Shown one piece after another: positions 58,106-64,000 of a DNA stretch of 64,000 nucleotides; the first letter of the stretch is position 1; every line of letters starts with the position of its first letter. A program made the position numbers and the translations under genes. The stretch is from Prevotella sp. (GTDB taxonomy: Bacteria > Bacteroidota > Bacteroidia > Bacteroidales > Bacteroidaceae). The notes under the pieces were generated by a model. That model worked only from the letters and a program-made list of their open reading frames with translations. It did not search any database and was not told where the DNA came from. The stretch covers positions 10,216-74,215 of the forward strand of contig JAFZSI010000021.1 in the NCBI GenBank assembly GCA_017619445.1, written 5' to 3'.

Positions 58106-59515
58106 CTATTTTTTCAGGCGGAAAGCGTTTTCGATACTTGTGATGTCTTCACGGAAACTCTTGTCGATGCTCAGGCGCTGCGCCACTTGGGTGCAGCTGT
58201 GGATAACGGTGCTGTGGTCGCGGCCTCCCACGAGCTTACCGATACGGGCGGCGGGCATCTTGGTGTATTTTTGTGCAAGGTACATGGATACCTGACGCGC
58301 AATCACAAATTCGTGTTTGCGGCTGCGGCCTGCCACGGCTGTGGTTGATACATTGAAGTGGCGGCATACGGTTTCCATGATGTCGTCGATGGTGAGCGGG
58401 CGGTCGTCAACCTTGACAGCGCGCTTGATGACGCGCTCGGCGAGTCGCATGTCAATGTTGCAGTTATAGACCACCGAGTAGGCCATGAGCGAGCTGATAA
58501 CGCCTTCGAGGTCGCGCACGCTGCCATTGGCAGTCTCGGCGATAAACTGCACCACATCGGCAGGGATCTTGAGTCCGTCGCGCTTGATTTTGCTTTGCAT
58601 GATGTCGATGCAGAGCTGCACGTTGGGTTTCTCAAGCTCGGCAATCAGTCCGCAGGCAAAGCGTGTGATGAGCCGCTCGTTCATGCCTTGCAAATCAACT
58701 GGCGGACGGTCGCAGGCAAGAATGATGCGCTTGCCGTTGAGGAAGAGGTGATTGAAAATGTGGAAGAAGGTGTCCTGCGTCTTGCCGGCGGTCATCCATT
58801 CCTGCACGTCATCGACAATAAGCATGTCGATGGTCTGGTAGAAATTGATGAAGTCGTTCAGTGTGTTGTGAACAACGGCGCTGGTATATTGCACCTGAAA
58901 GAGCCGTGCGCTGACATAGAGCACACGCTTTTGTGGATAGAGTTCCTTTGTGCGTACGCCGATGGCGTTGATGAGGTGCGTCTTTCCGCATCCCGATGGC
59001 CCGTAGATGAACATCGGGTTGAAGGTAGTCTTGTTGGGATGCTCAGCAATGTTCAGACCCACCGAGCGCGGCAGCTTGTTGCTGTCGCCCTCTATATAAT
59101 TAGAAAAGGTGAGGTGGGGGTTGAGTTGCGAGTCAATCTGCTGTGGACCGGCTGCGTCGAGAATGGTGGGCGACTGGTTGGCACGCTCCTTTCGCTTGGG
59201 ACCGTCAATCTGTGCCGACGGCTCAGCCTGAATGTCCTGGGAGATGTTGTGCTCCTTGTCGGTGAGCACACGATAATTCAGGCAAACCCCTTGTCCGAAT
59301 GTCCGTGAAAGCACCTTGCTCAACAGGTCAACGTAGTTCTCTTCCAAGTACTCGTAAACATACGGGCTTGGAAGCTGCACCAACAAAGTCTTTGTGTCCT
59401 CATTGAAGGACTCAAAGACAATGGGCTTGAACCAAGTGTTGAACTGCTGCTCTGAAACGTTGTTCTTTATCAGTTGAAGACTGGAATCCCAGAGCGCATT
59501 AGGATTTACTTTCAT
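58106..59515 (-). CDS. dnaA: Chromosomal replication initiator DnaA
   Basis: FNTWF, NPMFIYGPSGCGKTHL, DMLIVDDVQ, GGRDHSTVIH. Confidence 0.97.
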   Translation of the reverse strand: MKVNPNALWDSSLQLIKNNVSEQQFNTWFKPIVFESFNEDTKTLLVQLPSPYVYEYLEENYVDLLSKVLSRTFGQGVCLNYRVLTDKEHNISQDIQAEPSAQIDGPKRKERANQSPTILDAAGPQQIDSQLNPHLTFSNYIEGDSNKLPRSVGLNIAEHPNKTTFNPMFIYGPSGCGKTHLINAIGVRTKELYPQKRVLYVSARLFQVQYTSAVVHNTLNDFINFYQTIDMLIVDDVQEWMTAGKTQDTFFHIFNHLFLNGKRIILACDRPPVDLQGMNERLITRFACGLIAELEKPNVQLCIDIMQSKIKRDGLKIPADVVQFIAETANGSVRDLEGVISSLMAYSVVYNCNIDMRLAERVIKRAVKVDDRPLTIDDIMETVCRHFNVSTTAVAGRSRKHEFVIARQVSMYLAQKYTKMPAARIGKLVGGRDHSTVIHSCTQVAQRLSIDKSFREDITSIENAFRLKK

Positions 59516-59952
59516 GAACAGATTAATATATACGATTTGAGGTTTGAGGTGTTGGGTGTTTGGTGTTGGATTTTCACTCCTCTTTCCTCTTTCCTCTCTC
59601 CTCTTTTTCTGTTAGTTCTATTGTTGACAGATTGTATAGGTGCCTTGTAATCGGAATGCAAATTTCGCAATCTTTTTTGAAATATACAAATCTAAATATT
59701 TATTATTTTTTATACGTTGATGCGTAAAATGCTTAAATATGGCGATTTATGCCTGCATAAGCTGTAAGTATTGAAAAATATGATTTGCATTTTTGAATGT
59801 AGTTGTATGTCAGTGACTTACGATGAATGCCAACAAAGAAACATACCTCTGTTAAAGTAAACAGAAAAACCGCAAAAACTCCATATATGAGCACTTTGCG
59901 GTTTTCAAATAAAGTTACTCGCCTGATGGCGGTTATTTAGACTTTTTTTAAT

Positions 59953-60858
59953 CTACTTGTCTTTTTTGCCAAAAACAGAGAAATGAATGTAACGCTTGGG
60001 ATGGGCTTTGAAATTAACAAGAAGCGAGTCTGCAGAAACCAAAGTGGCGTTAAGATTTTGATAGAGCGTCGGGTCTTTCATAAGCAGTCCGAGCGAGCCT
60101 TGATTATTGTTGAGTTCGGTAGTAAGTTTCTGCACATTGTTCAGTGTGGCATCTACTTTTGCCATGGTTCCTGCCACGTCAACCTCGCTCAGTTTGCCCG
60201 TAAGCTGGTGGGCGTTGGTGAGCACTCCGTCGGCCTTTGTCATAAGTCCGGGCAGTTGTTTGTTGGCGTTGGCCATCAGCGTGTTGAGCTCGCGGGTGGA
60301 GGTGGTAAGGTCGTTGGTGATGTGGCGTATGTTGTGCAAAGATTGTGCGATGGCGGGGTCGGCCAGCAATGTGTTGACGCTCACCAAAATGGAGTCAAGT
60401 TTGGGCAGCATCTTCTCGATGGCAGGAATCATGTCTTTCACTTGACCCAGTGCTCCCTGACTTGCCGCACCTGGAATGGTGCCGCCAGGCTTGATGATGC
60501 CAGCGGTGCCGTCGCCTACCAACAGGTTGACCCGCACATTGCCCAGCATGTCGCTCACTATTTCGGCGGTGCTGCCTTCCGGCACTTGAAGATTAGGGTC
60601 AATGTCGGCTTCGACTTTGATGTCGCTGCCAGGATGACTGTAATCATACTTAACGCCTTTTACCACACCCACCCTGTAGCCATTGGCATAGATGGGACTG
60701 GAGGTGGAGAGACCGCTGATGTCATCGAAAGTTAGAAAATAAACATTGTCTGACGAAAAAAGACTCATGCCTTTCAGAAAATTCATTCCGAAAAACACCA
60801 GCACAATTGCTACAATGGCAGCAATAGCGATTTTTATTTCTTTAGCATGTTTCACCAT
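59953..60858 (-). CDS. MlaD/MCE family protein
   Basis: N-terminal TM, GL..SSPIYANG.RVG.V, GSLGLLM.DP.LY, PKRY. Confidence 0.9.
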   Translation of the reverse strand: MVKHAKEIKIAIAAIVAIVLVFFGMNFLKGMSLFSSDNVYFLTFDDISGLSTSSPIYANGYRVGVVKGVKYDYSHPGSDIKVEADIDPNLQVPEGSTAEIVSDMLGNVRVNLLVGDGTAGIIKPGGTIPGAASQGALGQVKDMIPAIEKMLPKLDSILVSVNTLLADPAIAQSLHNIRHITNDLTTSTRELNTLMANANKQLPGLMTKADGVLTNAHQLTGKLSEVDVAGTMAKVDATLNNVQKLTTELNNNQGSLGLLMKDPTLYQNLNATLVSADSLLVNFKAHPKRYIHFSVFGKKDK

Positions 60859-60917
60859 GATGATTTTTTCGCGGAGCTCAAGGAACTCCAATTTATACAT
60901 TTAAGATTTACTATTCC

Positions 60918-62300
60918 TCACCGCCTTGCCTTAAACTCGCGGATGGCTTGGCGCACATCCATCTTTGCACCGTTTTTGAAAGCAATGACAAACGCTTCGG
61001 GGAACTTGTCGAGCAGCGACCTGCGCAGCTGGTTGATGGCGTTGTAGTCGTTTGAGGCACCTACCGTATATTTGAACATGCGGTTTTCCTCGTACATGTC
61101 GTAGTCGGTGATGCCTTTGAACCGTCTGTCGCCAACGGGCAGGGCATAGTCGCAGGCCATGATTTGCACTTTGAATACAGGTCCTTCAGCATCTTCGGCA
61201 ACGGGTTCCACCTTTGATACGAATCCCGATTCGACAGGTTGCTGTACTCCTTGCTGGCGGTTGGCTTCCGGATTATTTCTTGCCTGCTCGGCTTCCGCTT
61301 CGGCTTGAGCCTGCTGCAGTCTTGCTGTTTCTATTGCTTGTGCCACCTGACTGTCGCTCAGTTGAGGTCCGTCGTTGTTTGGAGGCAGTGGCATTGGTTC
61401 CTGTTGCTTTCGTCTGTTTCTTCTCTTTTGCTTTGCTTCCTGTTTTTGTTCCGCTGCTCTTTGCTGATACTCCTCCGGTACGACCGGCGGAACTTGTATT
61501 TCCCCGGTCGTTGGCGCGAAAGGGGTGCCGAGCCCACCTCCATACTTTTTCTTGTATTTGACGAAAGCCTGATAGATACCCTTGCCTATTGCATCCACCT
61601 TGGCGGCGTCGTTCAGCAGCCGTTCTTCATCAGCTGTTGTGATGAATCCCAATTCAATCAGGCAGCTGGGCATCGATGTCTCGCGCAGCACCAGGAATCC
61701 TGCCTGCTTAACGCCTTTGTTCGGACGGTTTGCGGCAGCGCACACGCTCTGTTGCACATACTTGGCCATATCCACGCTGTTGGCCATGTTCTTGTCCTGA
61801 ATAAACTCAAACATGATGTAGCTTTCCGACGAGCGTGGGTCAAAGCCCTGATAACGCTGCTTATAATCTTTCTCGATAAGAATTACCTCGTTCTCGCGCT
61901 TTGCCACATCAAAGTTGTCCGCAGCCCGGTGCATACCCAGAGTATAAGTCTCCATGCCCCGGCCAACCTTTCCGCCTGGCAGCGCATTGGTATGGACAGA
62001 GACAAACAGGTTTGCCTTGTTTCGGTTGGCAATGCTTGCACGTTCGTGAAGTGGGATAAACACGTCGGTCTTGCGTGTATAAATCACTTTCACGTCGGGG
62101 CAGTTGTTCTCCACATACTTTCCAAAGGCCAGTGCCACCTTCAGGTTGATGTTTTTCTCCTTAGAGAACGACCCCAGCGCACCGGCATCATGCCCCCCAT
62201 GACCAGGGTCAATCACCAGCGTGAAACGCTTGTCTGCCCCCCAACACAAGGCGGCAAACATCGTAAAAGCCATCAGCAACATCAAGTGTTTCTTGCCCAT
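60918..62300 (-). CDS. N-acetylmuramoyl-L-alanine amidase (Amidase_3)
   Basis: IDPGHGG.D.GA, EK.INL, FVSVH.N, LIELGF. Confidence 0.93.
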   Translation of the reverse strand: MGKKHLMLLMAFTMFAALCWGADKRFTLVIDPGHGGHDAGALGSFSKEKNINLKVALAFGKYVENNCPDVKVIYTRKTDVFIPLHERASIANRNKANLFVSVHTNALPGGKVGRGMETYTLGMHRAADNFDVAKRENEVILIEKDYKQRYQGFDPRSSESYIMFEFIQDKNMANSVDMAKYVQQSVCAAANRPNKGVKQAGFLVLRETSMPSCLIELGFITTADEERLLNDAAKVDAIGKGIYQAFVKYKKKYGGGLGTPFAPTTGEIQVPPVVPEEYQQRAAEQKQEAKQKRRNRRKQQEPMPLPPNNDGPQLSDSQVAQAIETARLQQAQAEAEAEQARNNPEANRQQGVQQPVESGFVSKVEPVAEDAEGPVFKVQIMACDYALPVGDRRFKGITDYDMYEENRMFKYTVGASNDYNAINQLRRSLLDKFPEAFVIAFKNGAKMDVRQAIREFKARR

Positions 62301-62367
62301 AACGCCTGTTTTGTTTGCAAAAATAGTGTTTTATCGTCAGAAAACCCAAAACTCTCGCAGAGTTTTA

Positions 62368-62736
62368 TCATTTATTAAATGTCAGTTCCACCATAGCACC
62401 GTCACAGTCGGCTCCCATAGGCGGATTGCGCTTGGTAATACACACCTGCGCCTGCTCCGCCCTTCCGAACTCTGTCAGGATGCGGCGTCCTATGCGTCCG
62501 GCCACATGCTCCAATAGGGCTGACGGCACGTTCATTTCCTCGCTCACAACCCTGTAAAGCTCGGCATAGTTGATGGTGTCGGCCACATTGTCGGTCTCTG
62601 CAGCCCGGCCAATGTCGCATTTCACCCGCACTGTCACCACGAAGTCGCCGCCAGTGACGCGCTCCTGCGGCAATGCACCATGATGGGCATGAAACCGCAG
62701 ATTCTCAAGCGTGATATATGTACTGACTATTTTCAA
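62368..62736 (-). CDS. folB: Dihydroneopterin aldolase
   Basis: FHAHHG..PQE, D.VADTINY, LLEHVA, KRNPPM; TTG start. Confidence 0.92.
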   Translation of the reverse strand: MKIVSTYITLENLRFHAHHGALPQERVTGGDFVVTVRVKCDIGRAAETDNVADTINYAELYRVVSEEMNVPSALLEHVAGRIGRRILTEFGRAEQAQVCITKRNPPMGADCDGAMVELTFNK

Positions 62737-62775
62737 CTCTCAATTGTCAATTATCAATTATCAATTATCAAATGC

Positions 62776-64000
62776 TTATCCGCACCGGCTTGCACCGCAG
62801 TTCTTACAAATGAGGCAGCCCTCCTGATACACGAGCGTCTCATGGCCGCATACGGGACACTTCTGACCCTTGGCCTCTGTGCCGTCGGAAACATATTTCT
62901 TCAGAGCGCGCTCCACACCATTCTTCCACGTGTTGATGCTTTCGCTCTTCAGTTGCAGCGAGCTCACCAGTTTGATGACATGCTCGATGGGCATACGGTA
63001 GCGCAGCACACCCGAAATCAGCTTGGCATAGTTCCAATACTCGGGGTTGAACTTCTCAGACAGGCCTTCCACCGTGGTCTTGTAGCCACGTTTGTTCTCA
63101 AACTGGAAGTCATAGCGTTTTGAGCCGTCGGCGTTCACCTGCTTGATAATCTTTCCTTTGGTCACCGATTTGGGTAGCATGATGCCCTCCTCATCGTCCT
63201 GAAGACCCGTGAAAATCTCGTAGGGATAGCCCTGCAGCAAACCCACAAAGGCCACCCATTTCTCCTTGTTGTTTTGGAAGCGCACCACATCGCACTCCAG
63301 CACCTGCGGGCGAACTTCCGTCACCTCCGGATGCTTGCAGGGAACCCTGTCCTCAGCCGTCGGCATTTCGTTGCCCTCGTTATTCTCTTTTTTCTTCTCT
63401 TTCTTCGATGCCGAAATCATCACGCCCGCACGGCTCCCGTCGCGATAGATGGTGCATCCCTTGCAGCCCGACTGCCACGCCTCCACATACAGGCGGTTCA
63501 CCAGTGCCTCATCCACATCGTTGGGCAGGTTGACGGTGACGCTGATGCTGTGGTCCACCCATTTCTGAATGGCTCCCTGCATTTTCACCTTCATCAACCA
63601 GTCCACGTCGTTGGCAGTGGCCTTGTAGTAGGGCGACTGTGCCACCAGACTGTCAATCTCGTCCTGCGAGTAACGTTTCTCCGTGTCCAGTCCGTTGATG
63701 CGCATCCACTCCATGAACTTCGGGTGATACACGATGTACTCCTCATAGCAATCGCCCACCTCGTCGGTGAAATCCACATGCACGCCCGCGTCGCCCGGAT
63801 TCACCTTGCGGCGGCGCTTATACACCGGCATGAACACGGGTTCAATGCCGCTGGTGGTCTGTGTCATAAGTGATGTGGTGCCCGTTGGAGCAATGGTCAG
63901 GCAGGCAATGTTGCGCCGCCCGTACTTCTTCATGTCGGCGTAGAGCTGCGGGTCGGCATCCTTCAGCCGCAGCACAAACGGATTTTTCTCTTCGCGCTGT
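62776..64000 (-). CDS. nrdJ: Class II (adenosylcobalamin) ribonucleotide reductase, C-terminal part
   Basis: RRN...TIAPTGT, SGIEP, VDHSIS.TVN, KG.T.YRDGSR, C-terminal zinc ribbon; N-terminus outside the window. Confidence 0.9.
   Translation of the reverse strand, partial: QREEKNPFVLRLKDADPQLYADMKKYGRRNIACLTIAPTGTTSLMTQTTSGIEPVFMPVYKRRRKVNPGDAGVHVDFTDEVGDCYEEYIVYHPKFMEWMRINGLDTEKRYSQDEIDSLVAQSPYYKATANDVDWLMKVKMQGAIQKWVDHSISVTVNLPNDVDEALVNRLYVEAWQSGCKGCTIYRDGSRAGVMISASKKEKKKENNEGNEMPTAEDRVPCKHPEVTEVRPQVLECDVVRFQNNKEKWVAFVGLLQGYPYEIFTGLQDDEEGIMLPKSVTKGKIIKQVNADGSKRYDFQFENKRGYKTTVEGLSEKFNPEYWNYAKLISGVLRYRMPIEHVIKLVSSLQLKSESINTWKNGVERALKKYVSDGTEAKGQKCPVCGHETLVYQEGCLICKNCGASRCG

Noticed and set aside
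59516-59952. oriC next to dnaA
   Set aside because: AT-rich, but I found no cluster of TTATCCACA-like boxes, so it cannot be supported from this sequence.

Overview
A 64 kb chromosomal window from a Bacteroidales (Prevotella-like) bacterium, judged from TAnnTTTG -7 promoter boxes, fused murF-alr, fkp and gene content. Most of it is housekeeping: cdsA, ftsH, rsfS, tRNA-Gln, corA, pepD, rsmA, ftsX, uppP, truB, queA, folK, mtnN, luxS, typA, rpsO, fkp, fucP, murF-alr, dnaA, amidase, folB, nrdJ. No CRISPR, integrase or transposase was seen. The most notable signals are: (1) a modular intergenic repeat built from a 36-bp CTAG-centred palindrome plus 21-bp (7+14) units, with paired palindromes always 21n+7 bp apart, found at 7 of 9 convergent gene junctions; (2) a five-gene module (membrane AraC, two Spy-like secreted paralogs, a LysM-TPR protein, a coiled-coil lipoprotein) whose two promoters carry the same box at the same spacing and which encodes G/N/R-rich low-complexity tails; (3) an MgtL-like leader peptide with alternative RNA pairings ahead of corA; (4) an unannotated 31-aa hydrophobic peptide transcription unit; (5) an AT-rich TPR-regulator/DUF3244-like cassette with a mosaic regulator; (6) hairpin repeat families next to promoters. 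Product names come from motif recognition only; no database searches were run.
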